Positions 25,270 through 37,691 of a DNA stretch of 64,000 nucleotides are shown piece by piece. Every line of letters starts with the position of its first letter. The stretch's first letter is position 1. This DNA is from Saccostrea cucullata (taxonomy: Eukaryota). The stretch is from assembly GCF_032062105.1 (NCBI RefSeq), contig NW_026940638.1:620001-684000 (forward strand). The letters run 5' to 3'. The notes below the pieces were generated by a model. The model was not told the DNA's origin, did no database searches, and saw only the letters and a program-made list of their open reading frames with translations. The position numbers and the translations under genes are program-made.

Positions 25270-26340
25270 TTAAGAAATGCTGACTTGGATTTTTCATACG
25301 TCATAAAACGACAATGAATTGTAGGACGTTAGAAAGACTGCACAGTGCTTGAAAGGCGATTTTCAAACGATACCGCGTATGACCACTATTTGCGTTCACG
25401 CATGTGTGACATCGGCTTCTCACTGATGATGCTTTTGTTCAATAATGCTTAGAAAGTATTGTTCTATTGATTAATTCTTGGCCTAAATCTCCAACACCAC
25501 TTACTGGCTTCATTAACGACGTTACCGTCTTTCCATTTTATCCCAATGTATTTGTGATATGTCAGGTGTAAGTGATGACCATGGAAAGGTTTGCATCGAT
25601 ATTCTGATGGGCAATCAAGTTTCTGACAACAACGTACGGTCTGGCATTATCCTGTTGCAGGATAATAGGATATTTTTCGTTTCCGTGAGAATAGATTTTT
25701 TCGTCGCTGTAGCCAATCCCTGTCAATTATGTTTCCATTGATGATCTGAAGATGTGTCCTATGGCTTGCGTAATTCCAACCCCTCCAAAAGTGTATTAAG
25801 TGTAGTCAACAGTGCAAGCATCCGAATAAGGCTCCCCATCCCCGCGACTAACCCTCCAGCGACCGTCACAGATATGCAAATTAAATCTCGATTCATCAGT
25901 GAACAAAACATTGGTCCGATCTTGAAAATATGTAACTCTTATGTTTCCGACACCATGCTAATCCTGCAGTTCGATGACGTTGAAGCAATGTTGGATGCAT
26001 CGCAGGACGTCTACTGATTTTAAATCCACTTAAGCGAATACGTAAAGTGCTTGCAATTATGCGCCTAAAACCCGGGATACTAGGAACAGTCAATGTAGCC
26101 GTCGTCTGAAAACGATTTCATAGAAGACCTAGCCTATAGTTATCAATTAATCGTGGCAAACCAACGTCACCAGGAGAATGTTCTGATGTCGATCCAAAAT
26201 GTTAGACTGTCACTGATTCTTATCAGTAAAAAGAGATTTTTGAACAAACTCGGTTATTTTGGCACGCACTCTTTGACACGAACACTATGGTTGAGATACA
26301 ACGGTTACATAAAAAAGAACATGCTTTCCACGAAAAGTAA
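25270..26340 (-). mobile_element. Degenerate Tc1-family transposon
   Basis: Minus-strand frames give HPTLLQRHRTAGLAWCRKH, VLFTDESRF and QDNARP motifs with stops and frameshifts. Confidence 0.75.
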
Positions 26341-26588
26341 ATAGAATGGGAAATCCTAATCGCCGGCGTGGCGCAGTGGTAAGAGCATCTGCTCTAGAGT
26401 CCGGAGTAAGGAGTATGTCCTAAAGTTGCGGGTTCGAATCAAACTTTTGGATGTGGAGACTGGTCCTTCGGATGATACCGCATAAACGAGGTTTCTTGTC
26501 ACAGTAGGAACTGACACAAAAGTTCCCTCTCTCTTAAAATAGTCCTGAGTGCCGAGTATAGGACAAAATTTGCAGATCTCGGCAAATG

Positions 26589-28485
26589 TCAGTTCCATCT
26601 AACCCTCCTAATATTACACCAGCAATCGAAGATCTAGACGTAGACTGGGGACCACCTACTAAAGTGGAAATAATAATAGCCTTAATACAGATGAGGAATA
26701 GCAAGTCAGGAGGGCCTGATAATATACCGGCCGAGGCACTTAAAGCTGATTTTCACAACTCAGCCGACATACTCCACCCACTTTTTCTGAAAATATGGGA
26801 GGTACGTAGAAACAATTCCAGAAGAATGGAAAGAAGGATACCTCATCAAACTTAAAAAAAAAAGAGACCTCAGCAATTATGCCAACTATAGAGGAATAGC
26901 ACTGTTTGATGTTCCAGGGAAGGTATTTAATAGGGTCATACTAAAAGAATGAAAAAAGAAGTGGATGATAAACTACATGATCAACAAGCCAAATTTCGTA
27001 AAAATAGATCTTGGACGGATCAAATAGCAACGTTGCGCATTATCATCGAGCAATGTACTGAGTGAAACTCCTCCCTTTATGTAGTCTTCATAGATTACGA
27101 GAAAGCCTTTAACGGTGTTGACTGGGAGACAATATGGAAACTTCTGGGGCCTTATGGAGTTCCTTGTAAACTTGTAAATATCATCCGCAACTCTTATGAA
27201 CACCTGATATGCAGGGTCATACACGGAGGACAAATATCGGAATTATTAGAAGTAAAAACAGGAGTTGTCAGGGATTACTATTCTCATAGTCATTCTTTCT
27301 GTATCTTCTTGCAATTGACTAGATAATGAAATCATCAAGAGACAAAGGGAGAAATGGATTACAGTGGTCACCATGGTCACAGTTAGATGATCAAGACTTC
27401 GTGGATGACCTGGCACTCCTATCACATACCCAGGCAAAAATGCAGAAGAAAATTACAACAGTGGCAGAAACATCAGCACAGATAGGACTTAATATCAATA
27501 TTGCAAAAACAAAGATCCTAAGCACAATCACATGCTTAAACATAGCACGAAAGGATTTTGATCGTATGTTGTTTAACGTCCCTCTCGAGAATTTTCACTC
27601 ATACTGAGACGCCTATACTTGCCGGTGGAGAGCTGCAATTTTTTTGTCCTATACTCGGCACTTAGGGCCATTGAGCAGGGAGGGATCTTTTTCGTGCCAG
27701 CACCTACTGCGGCACGGGACCTCGGTTTATACGGTCTAATCCAAAGGAACGGTCTCCATGTCCCACAGTAGGATTTGAATCCATGACGTAAGGATCAACT
27801 CCTTACTTCGCGACTCTAGATCAGACGCACTAACCACTGCGCAATGCGGGAGACTTAGCATGAAAGGAAATAGAGGAAGTAGAATATTTCACCTACTTTG
27901 GCAGTATAGTGGACCAACAAGGAGAAACTGAAGCCGACATAAGAGCAAGAATAGGAAAGACCACAGTAGCAATCCTGCAACTTGGAAACATCTGGAAGAC
28001 CAAAGGAATTACAACACGCACCGAAGTTAGGCTTTTTAACAACAATGTTAAGACTGTACTCTTCTATGGTTCTGAGACATGGAGGATGACCGTAACCAAA
28101 AACAGACATGATCCAGACATTTATCAACTCTTGTCTGAGACGCATCCTCCAGATTAGATAGCCAAACAAAACCAGTAACATCAATTTGTGGCGGGGAACA
28201 AACCAAGCCCCTAAAGAAGAAGAATTAATGCAGAGAAAAAGGATGTGTATAAGGCATACTTTACGCAAGGTCCACAATAACATCACAAGGCAAGCCCTAT
28301 CCTGGAACCCCCAAGGAAAACGTAGGCCAAAGAACATCTTGCGGAGAGATTTGGAAGCAAATGTCAAAAGAATGGGCAAGAATTGTAAGAGGTAGAATGC
28401 ATTGGTCTGGATAGAGGGGCCTGGTGGAATCTTGTCAGCGTACTATGCCCCAAACGAGGTAGCTGGCATAACAAAACAAACAAAA
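26589..28485 (+). mobile_element. 5'-truncated RTE-clade non-LTR retrotransposon (pseudogenised RT)
   Basis: GPDNIPAEALKA, NYRGIAL, FIDYEKAF, DFVDDLALLSHT, VLFYGSETW and ALSWNPQGKRRP motifs; (caaa)n tail; TSD tcggcaaatg/tcgacaaatg. Confidence 0.88.
27556..27854 (-). mobile_element. V-domain-type SINE inserted inside the RTE
   Basis: Reverse copy flanked by TSD tagcacgaaagga/tagcatgaaagga. Confidence 0.85.
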
Positions 28486-29129
28486 TCGACAAATGGTGGC
28501 GCCTCTATATGAGTGAAGATTTCATGAGACGGACGTTAAACAAAATACAAACATGTAAATCCTGACCCACCCACCCCAATGAAACTAGCCAAGATTAAAA
28601 TTACAACAAAAGTATTCTCTACATGAAAACATGCACAGCAATGTATAAATTGTGGATCTAGTGTTCTTTAAAAGGATTTATATTCCAATGTTACATGTAT
28701 TGGCTTTTTTGGCATATTGTACTGCGGCACTCTAGCCTCACCGTGGATTTTCACATGTGTAATCAAAACTACGTGGAAATCTTAACACATTCATTTTATT
28801 TCTAGTGGTCCTGCCTGCTGTTTTTAGGACAAAATAATCCCTTGTAGAAGAACTCAAGGGTGGAAAAAGCCATGCAATATAATGCCAAGATTGCACCTGA
28901 GATGCTAAGAAGATAAGAAATAAAGAAAGGAAGGTAATGGTGCAGAAAGCGGACTGGAAAATGATAAATTACTAGTAGTGGGCATGAAAGCAAAAGTAAG
29001 GAGGGTTTGGAAACGAGAGAGAGAGAGAGAGAGACGTGGAATACCCGCAGTCAAGGCAAATATTCAGAAAAGGAAATAAATGATGAACTGAGAAAAGCCA
29101 GAACATAGGAAATTGTAGGAAAAGGTGCA

Positions 29130-29290
29130 GATGGCTAGGTGTCTTCCCATGCATCATAAACCTAGGATTTTTACAGTTCTTCGCCAAAACTACAGCTACC
29201 ACAATCACTCTCTAAGAAAAATTCAAGGTGGCTTATTATAAAGCCAATCATGTTCTCACCTTGGGGGACTCAAAAGAGGAGAATATTCAA
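29130..29290 (+). mobile_element. Hero-like (R2-group) non-LTR remnant, fragment 1
   Basis: Degenerate WLGV...KLQLP...FKVA...LTLGDSK motif. Confidence 0.5.
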
Positions 29291-31815
29291 AGATAAAAAA
29301 AAAAAAAAAGTAAAAATTGAAAATTTTCTCAGTCACTGCTTACTCCCATCCCCAAGTTCCTAGCAAGGAGTTGAAACGACGGATGGATGGGCCTGCCTGA
29401 TTACGTTCTGATTATTGTAGGTGTCATTGCTTCTGACATCAAGGCGAGGCTTGAGGACAACAAGGAAAGACTGGTGACACTGGAAAGACCATTCACGGTA
29501 CAAAAGAGGTGATGAGGACCATGAACCTTAATCACAGCTACCACAGTTATAAGCAACCTAGAAAAAATAAATCTTCCTGGAGGATAGGAGGTTGAAAGGC
29601 TCAATACAGATTTATGACGACAACAACCAGGCTTCTACAAAGGACTCTGAATGGCAAAGAGGTTGACGAAACTTGATGTCACTGTTGAAAGAATTGCAAA
29701 ATTACATGAGGCTTGCGAATGCACCAAACATAGGCAGGGTGTCGACCTGAGGTCATTCGGCAGCAGTGCACAGTTCTGTATTCCAGCTGGCGAGACACAA
29801 GCAGTTTATATTTAGGAGATACACCGCAGATCTGAGGACTTTTATATAGCTGAACATACACAGAAAGAGATCACACCTCTGATGAAGGAGGAAAACAGTC
29901 ACGTTTAGATAAGTGTGCATGACAGCAAGGATCAATTGGCTTACAATGAATGACAATGAGAATTCGATCCACCTTGGTGATAGTCTGAACGCCTTCCTAG
30001 ACATGGCACTGCTAGAGAGCTTAGAACAACAGGCAAAAGCCCTTCCAGAAATTGTGTTTGCATCGGTAAGTGAAAGTTCTGGTATTGAGGACGTAAGGTA
30101 ACAGAAGAAAACATCACCAAACCCAACCAAAAAGAGAAGTTACATTGATAAGGCAAAGAGCTTGGGGTCTTGAAGACAAAAAATATTCGTAAAAGCCAAT
30201 ACAGCTGAGAGAAAAGGTCTATACCAACTTTAGAAAACCTCGCGAACACATTTTAATTCCTTCTAGAATAAAGAAAAAAGAATGAAAAGGTGGTTGTTCA
30301 CCACTTTTCATAAAAAAATAAAAGGGTTGATTGTCCGTTTTGTTTGTATGTTGTAAATTATTTTTGGCTTTTATATAATTTTGCTGGTTACTGGATAATC
30401 TAATAAACTCCCGGGATCGTTCTGCGCTTTTCGCATGTGAGAGGTTTTAGGAACAAGGTAAACAATTCTCTAATTCCCTGGTTCTGACCAGACAAAGTTA
30501 ATCAGGTTATCAATGTCCCAGTTTGCATCTATTCTCTCTAGGATTTATTCACTCTTTTCCTGCATGTACATATCGCATTACAGATTATGGGGAGTGGCGG
30601 AAAACTGCAGCAAAAACTGAACAGCTTTCAAAAAGACCTATTTCGATTCACTTATATGAGTAGTAGCTTAAGATTAGGAAAATTCCGGACGTTTGAGGGC
30701 CAGCAAGGAGGAAATGGATGAGCCAACTGAGACAATATTCTAGAATAGAGATAGTATAACGAGCCCCTGTAACGTTAGACTGAAGTGAACCATCTATTGG
30801 AAAATAGTCTCAGATAAGGAAGGAAAGAAAAACTACACCAGTTCGAGGTCCTAAGAAGTTCCATACAAAGATCGGTATCCAAAGTATTTGTGACGTCTTT
30901 GAATGGGATGTGGAGAAAAAGGGAACGCCCTGCCGGGTAGTTGGAAAACAGTATAGGGTGTGATGATTCAGGCAAAATTAATCAGACTCGCTTCTAAGTT
31001 GGGGGAAAAATCATTGCAATTTTTGCAAAAACATTAACATCGTATATGACCAGACAATTTATTGCAGAAAATAGGTATTCCCGGTATTTCCTGTATGCTT
31101 AAACCATACAAGAGCAATAACACAGCTGAAAAGAAGACTAGAATTAACCAAAAAGACTTATGTCTGTACGGTGGGACATCGCAAATGCATACGGCTCTAT
31201 AGCTCTGTACATGTACCACACTCGCTTTTTATGAAGGCACTACAGCACATCATATACATGTACCTGCATGATAAGATCCATCAAGAGCTTCATGTAATTT
31301 GATGTCATCTAACTGAGGACAATTTACAACAGAGTGGCAGAGGTTGGAACGAGGAATTATGAATAATGTAGGGAATCTTTCCAGCCCACAGTGTATCAAT
31401 GTAAATATGTAATGGAACTTTTTAACACGACACCAAGATGTAAGTGTGGAAATGGACATCGATAATACATTAAACGAATTATACATGAAGTCTCATTTAA
31501 TTCATTTTTACCTTCAACTTACTTCAATGAACAATTGGATCTTCATCTCATTCGCTTATATATAGATGCAACATTATTACGAATCCAAACTGTTCTTGCG
31601 GATATAAGGATAGTCATCGTTTTTCTTTTGTGTGTAGAAAATATCTAAAGTTAGACGTTTAATGTTGAACTCTTTACTTGTAGTCAAAAATGTAAAAATG
31701 TTAAATGTACATACTCTACTTTTGGGGAGATGAATCATTATCTTTGCAAGAAAAGGAAAGAGTATTTGTTATTGTTCAAAAATTTATTCAGGATACTGGT
31801 CGTTTCAATTAACAA

Positions 31816-32778
31816 TTATTGTCCCCCGCTTTCGCGAAAGCGAGGGGACATTAAATCTCATTCGTCTGTCCGTCCGTCCGTCTGTCTGTCCGTCAGTCTG
31901 TCCGTCCGTCACAAAAACTTGAACCTTGCCCATAACTTTTGATTTAGTGGAGCTATGACTTTCATATTTCATGTGTATATTCCTTGTCACAAGACCTTTC
32001 TTTGGGTACCACCAAATTTGTCCTTTTGACCTTGACCTTGGAGTTTGATCCATTTTTACACAAAAATTCCAAACTTTTACTCAGGTTATGACTTTTGAAT
32101 GGTCGATATTAAGACTTTCATATTTCACATATATATACTTTGTAGCAAGACCTTTTATTGGATACCAACAACATTGACCTTTTGACCTTGACCTTGGTGA
32201 TTTCCGAACTTATCAAAAAACTTTAACCTTGACCATAACTTTTGAATGGTAAGGGCTAGGGCTTTCCTATTTCATATATATAATTCTTGTGAGAAGACCT
32301 TTCTTTGAATACCAAAAACTTTGCCCCTTAGACCTGGACCTTGGAGTTTGCCCTACTTTTCAAAAACTTTGACCTTGGTCACAACATTTGAACAGTAGAT
32401 ACCAGGACTTTCATCTTTCACATATGTATTCCTTGTGGCAAGACCTTTCATTTGATACCAACAACCTTGACTTTTTTACCTTGACCTTGGAGATTTTTTG
32501 TACTTATGAGAAAACTTTAACCTTGACCATAACTTTTGAATGGTAAGGGCTAGGGCTTTTATACTTCACATATGTAATTCTTTTGAGAAGACTTTTCATT
32601 GGATACCAAAAACTTTAACAATTTTGACCCCTTGACCTTGGAGTTCAGTGATAATATTCTAAGTAGATGACATATGATAGGGCGTTCATATTAGACACAA
32701 AATGTCATTAAAAAATGACATCTCACCCAAAAAGACACCGAAAGCGGGGGGACCACAATTCTTTGAATTTGCTTGTTT
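31816..32778 (+). mobile_element. Helentron/HINE-like element with ~150-bp tandem array
   Basis: 5' hairpin cgctttcgcgaaagcg, (gtcc/gtct)n microsatellite, ttgaccttgaccttgg units, 3' end ccgaaagcgggg...gaatttgcttgtt. Confidence 0.75.
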
Positions 32779-33414
32779 GTATTTACTACCTCTTTTGAAA
32801 CTATTTTTTATGGTTGTTGTCGTCATTATAATAAACATAATATTAATTGATATTTTTGGCAATACTAGCTATTGTTTTCATGTATATTATTGTAAAACAT
32901 TGTAAATAGTGTATGGCTTCTGAAATTTTATGTATGGGAGAAGCCTATCTAAGTTTTTGGAACTTGTGTCCAATCCTTGTTGTCAATAAAATATGTTCAA
33001 AACAAAACATCTCATTCGCACAAAACTGAATTGTGTTTCCTTGAAATTTTTGAATAAAATATTTGAAGAAAATAAAGCAAGTCCATACTTAGATTCTTTT
33101 ATCACAGAATACAAGACTTAAATTTGCAAACAAGTGATAGATGCTGTGAAAATAAATAACATTCTTAATAATAAACGAGTTCAGTTTTGCATTCCACCAT
33201 ATATCAAGCTGAAGCATACACCCTGCATTTTACAGATACAGATTTTCAATGACAAAAAACCCTACAGTGCCCAGATATTGAAAATCTTACACAAATCCAT
33301 TTCAGTATTCTTACTTTTCTTTTTTATTTCAACTTCAGTCCCTTTAAGAACATTATTACTGTTGATGTTAATATAGGTTAAATGAAGACTTAATTACAAT
33401 CTTTGTATAATGTC

Positions 33415-34400
33415 CTAAAACCAGGCTAGTTTTCACCCTAGGAGACTCAAAAGATGAGTAGATTTGAAGAGAAAGAAGAGAATTAAAAACTAGAAGGAAA
33501 TTGTCAATCCAGAAATGCAGTCCAGCATGCAAAAAAAACAGACTTAAAAATACAGATAGAATGAGCACAATAGTATAGGTGAAGCAGGGACATGGAACCA
33601 AACGTAGAGTTGGAGACTAACAATGCAGAAAAAACAAAAAAAAAACATGGAGTGGTCCAGGCTAAGATTTAGAAAATGGAATAAGAAATGAGAAAAAACC
33701 TAAGTAACGGAAAAGTGAGGACAAGGCACATATACCCCCGGTATAATGTAGGCAACAACAGAAATAAAGTTAAAATGGGGAGAAATTAGGCGGATGGAGC
33801 CATACCGCATTTGTTCCTTCTAATATATGTCTATAACCTACTCCCTTCACCAACAAAACTGCACTTTTGAAGACTTGAAGAAAACATAAACTGCGAGACA
33901 AAGGCGAAGACAGACACTCTAGAACATATTTTATCATCTTGCAATGTTGCTTTAACACAAGGCAGATCATACAGCAGGTAACGCGAACTAGTACTGAGAG
34001 AGCTAGCAGACAATCTAGAAAAGAACAGAAAAGGGGACGGAACAGATGAACAATTCATCAATTCTTTAAAAGAAGGTGAAACACCAAGAGTTGCCCAATA
34101 CCCTAATCGAGAATCCTATCAGCTTCAATGGAGATGTAGGTGGAACTTGGTCGAAAACTGATATTACCAAACAACATACAGACAAACCTGTTTCAAACAT
34201 ATTGCTTTGGTCTTATTACAGTATGAAAGTCATAACAGATGAGTTAATTGTATTTTGGGAAGAGAGGTATGATAAGGCCTACCAGAGAAAGAAAACGTTT
34301 CAAGATCTGGCAGATGAAGTATGCAGGATTCGAAACGACCAATGACGGGTAGACCTGGCTGGCGACGTATGTGGATCCAGAGTAAACCATCTTGATTTTT
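33415..34400 (+). mobile_element. Hero-like non-LTR remnant, C-terminal zinc knuckle/REL endonuclease region
   Basis: Degenerate RLVFTLGDSKD, MEPYRI..VYNLLPSP, TLEHILSSCNVALTQGR, LRELAD and ILLWS...ELIVFWEERYDKAYQRK motifs. Confidence 0.7.
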
Positions 34401-34673
34401 TAGGTATCATATTATCATGGATTTTCCCCCTACACATTCCTTTGTGAAATGTTGACCCTGCGCCACAGAGGTCATGACTTGCAACCTTCATGAAGATGCT
34501 AAATTAGATCTGAAAGGCTGGTATATCGACCCTGTTAAATTTAAAGAGATTAGAATTGAATTTTCTTCTGCTTATTGTCACTCAACCAGTCAATGCCACT
34601 ATCTCTAACCCTGTTGTCAAAATTTGAACACACTTCATATGGTCTGAGATGCTTGCATGTTATGGACCTGCAG

Positions 34674-34719
<46 letters not shown>

Positions 34720-34793
34720 CATTTTGTCCGTCGTCCGTCCGTCTGTCTGTCTGTCTGTCTGTCCGTCTGTCTGTCCGTCTGTAAACTTTTCAC

Positions 34794-34830
<37 letters not shown>

Positions 34831-36431
34831 GATCAAACTTGGTACAAAGCATCCTTGGGTGAAGGGGAATTTAAATTGTTAAAATAAAGGGCCAAGCTCC
34901 CTCACAAGGGGAGATAATCAAGAAAAGACAAAAATAGGGTGGGGTCATTAAAAAATCTTCTTCTCAAGAACCACTGGGCCAGAAAAGCTGAAACTTACGT
35001 TGAAACATTCTGGGGTAGTGTAAATTCTAAATTGTTCAAATCATGACCCCCGGGGGAAGGACGGGGCCACAATGGAGAATCAAAGTTTTACATAGAAATA
35101 TATAGGAAAAATCTTTGAAAATCTTTTTCTCCAGAACCACTGGGCCAGAAAAGCTGATACTTATGTGGAAGCATCCTGGTTTAGTGTAGATTCTAAATTG
35201 TTCAAATCATGACCCCCGGGGGAAGGGCGGGGCCACAATGGGGAATCAAAGTTTTACATAGAAATATATAGGAAAAATCTTTGAAAATCTTCTTCTCAAG
35301 AACCACTGAGCCAGAAAAGCTGAAACTTATGTGGAAGCATCCTGGGGTAGTGTAGATTCTGAATTGTTCAAATCATGACCCCCGGGGGAAGGGCGGGGCC
35401 ACAATGGGGAATCAAGTTTTTACATAGAAATATATAGGAAAAATCTTTGAAAATCTTCTTCTCAGGAACCACTGGGCCAGAAAAGCTGAAACTTATGTGG
35501 AAGCATCATGGTATAGTATAGATTCTAAATTGTTCAAATCATGATCCCCGGGGGAAGGGCGGGACCACAATGGGGAATCAAAATTTTACATAGAAATATA
35601 TAGGAAAAATCTTTGAAAATCTTCTTCTCAAGAACCACTGGGCCAGAAAAGCTGAAACTTATGTGGAAGCATCCTGGTATAGTGTAGATTCTAAATTGTT
35701 CAAATCATGATCCCCGGGGGAAGGGCGGGGCCACAGTGGGGAATCAAAATTTCACATAGAAATATATAGGAAAAATCTTTGAAAATCTTCTTCTCCAGAA
35801 CCACTGGGCCAGAAAAGCTGAAACTTATGTGGAAGCATCCTGGGGTAGTGTAGATTCTGAATTGTTCAAATCATGACCCCCAGGGGAAGGGCGGGGCCAC
35901 AATGGGGAATCAAATTTTTACATAGAAATAAATAGGAAAAATCTTTGAAAATCTTCTCCAGAACCACTGGGCCAGAAAAGCTGAAACTTATGTGGAAGCA
36001 TCCTGGGGTAGTGTAGATTCTAAATTGTTCAAATCATGACCCCCGGGGGAAGGGCGGGGCCACAATGGAGAATCAAAGTTTTACATAGAAATATATAGGA
36101 AAAATCTTTGAAAATCTTCTTCTCCAGAACCACTGGGCCAGAAAAGCTTAAACTTATGTGGAAGCATCCTGGTATAGTGCAGATTCTAAATTGTTCAAAT
36201 CATGACCCCCGGGGGGAAGGGCAGGGCCACAATGGGGAATCAAAGTTTTACATAGAAATATATAGCAAAAATCTTTGAAAATCTTCTTCTCAAGAACCAA
36301 TGGGCACATGGAAGGATCCTGGGGTAGTGTAGATTTCAAAATGTCTACATTATGATAAGTGGGGTAGGTTGGGGATGCATTATGTATTACAAGGGGCGAA
36401 TCTGGTAAAGAACAGAATGGTCAAAGCTTCA

Positions 36432-36464
<33 letters not shown>
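34674..36464 (+). mobile_element. Pearl/CvA-like (Helentron-associated) element carrying ~8 x ~167-bp satellite monomers
   Basis: Termini ttttagctcacctgagccgaaggctcaagtgagc and aggtgagcgatgtggcccatgggcctcttgtt; (gtct)n; repeating agaaccactgggccagaaaagctg from ~34960 to ~36300. Confidence 0.85.
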
Positions 36465-36466
<2 letters not shown>

Positions 36467-36663
36467 AGATTTAAAAATATTTCATTGAATCAAATATAAA
36501 ATCAGAGACATATGATATTATATGTCTCTGACAAAACCTTGACCACCTATATATAACTGTTCCATAGACCAAGTATTTTTACATCGGACTCGATGTTCAT
36601 GTGAGATTGTTTATTTTCTCTGGTTAAGCCATTTAAGGAATACGCTATTCCTGTAAGCCATAA

Positions 36664-37634
36664 ATGGGGAATTTGGCTGGTATATTTTGCCGACGTAAAA
36701 AAGTGAGGGTTTTGATGTTTGGCTTGGATGCTGCCGGAAAAACAAGCATTCTATTCCATTACCATTTCGGAGAAATTGTCACAACAATTCCTACCATAGG
36801 ATTTACTGTGGAGACATTGAAATTCAAGAATCTAGACGTGGCAGTTTGGGATCAGCAGTGGCGGATTTAAGGGGGGGCGCACCCGGCGCGCGCCCCCCCT
36901 AAAATTGTCAAAGTTAGCGTAAATCAAATATGTCTACTTGGTAGACCTCATTTTTACCCTTCAAAATCTCTAGAATCCAGTTTGGGCCCCCACCAGGGCT
37001 TTGGTAGACCTCATTTTAACCCTTCAAAATCTCTAGAATCCAGGAGCTTCCGGGGGCTTCGCCCCCTGGGCCCCCACCAGGGCTTGGCCCTGGACCCACT
37101 GGGGGCCTCAAGGCGGCCCCCAGACCCCTTGCCTATTTTGGCGCCCCCCCTAACTCAAGATCCTGGATCCGCGCCTGGGATGTAGGTACAAGGGATAAAA
37201 TGAGGCCGCTCTTGAGGCATTACTACCCAAAGACTAATGCTTTTGTGCTTGTTGTAGACTGTATCAACAGAAATAAAATTACAGATGCAAAAGAGGAACT
37301 ACATAGACTTGCGCCTTCAGAAGTTGAAGTGAATGGTGTTCCTATTGCTGTCGCTTTGAATATGAGAGATTTTCCCGATAGTATGTCAAAAGATGAGATA
37401 ATGGAAGAACTAGAAATTGAGACCATTCAGAAAGATAGGCCTTGTGAAGCTTTTCTGACGACAATCAGACCCACTGACGAAGTGGAAACGGAGTTCGATA
37501 AATTAATGGAATGGATTGTCAAGGAAACAGCCAAACAACAAAATGAACCTGCATTAAGAAATCCTAAAGAAGATCGTTTCTCTGCATACATATGGCAACC
37601 GATTATGAAGATGAAAAGCTTTATGTTTGATTGA
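36664..37634 (+). pseudogene. ARF-like small GTPase, copy 4, disrupted by a MITE
   Basis: 36664-36852 joined to 37182-37634 restores a 213-aa ORF (WD|VGTRDKMRPLL); the insertion adds an in-frame TAA at 36868-36870; G4 motif is NMRD. Confidence 0.85.
36856..37177. mobile_element. GC-rich hAT-like MITE (322 bp)
   Basis: Imperfect TIRs cagtggcggattt / ggatccgcgcctg; degenerate TSD ggatcag/ggatgtag; internal ~43-bp direct repeat. Confidence 0.75.
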
Positions 37635-37691
37635 TGACAGTAGTCAATTCATTGGTCGTGTCCTGTACATGTGCAATACTATAGTTTTGGA

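Larger units (their letters stand above)
26361..28552 (+). mobile_element. V-domain-type SINE split in two (26361-26588 and 28486-28552) by an RTE insertion
   Basis: The 5' part ends ...tgcagatctcggcaaatg and the 3' part resumes tcgacaaatggtggcgcctctatatgagtg...ggacgttaaac. Confidence 0.8.

Noticed and set aside
22329-25304. Short ORFs 22329-22646, 22378-22590, 25003-25257 and 25059-25304 that resemble each other
   Set aside because: They are translations of SINE copies, not a gene family.
30570-30960. Possible RTE 3' fragment
   Set aside because: Only faint motif resemblance; too decayed to call.
34960-36300. CRISPR-like array
   Set aside because: Units are ~167-bp near-identical monomers with no unique spacers, in eukaryotic DNA with no cas genes; this is satellite DNA.
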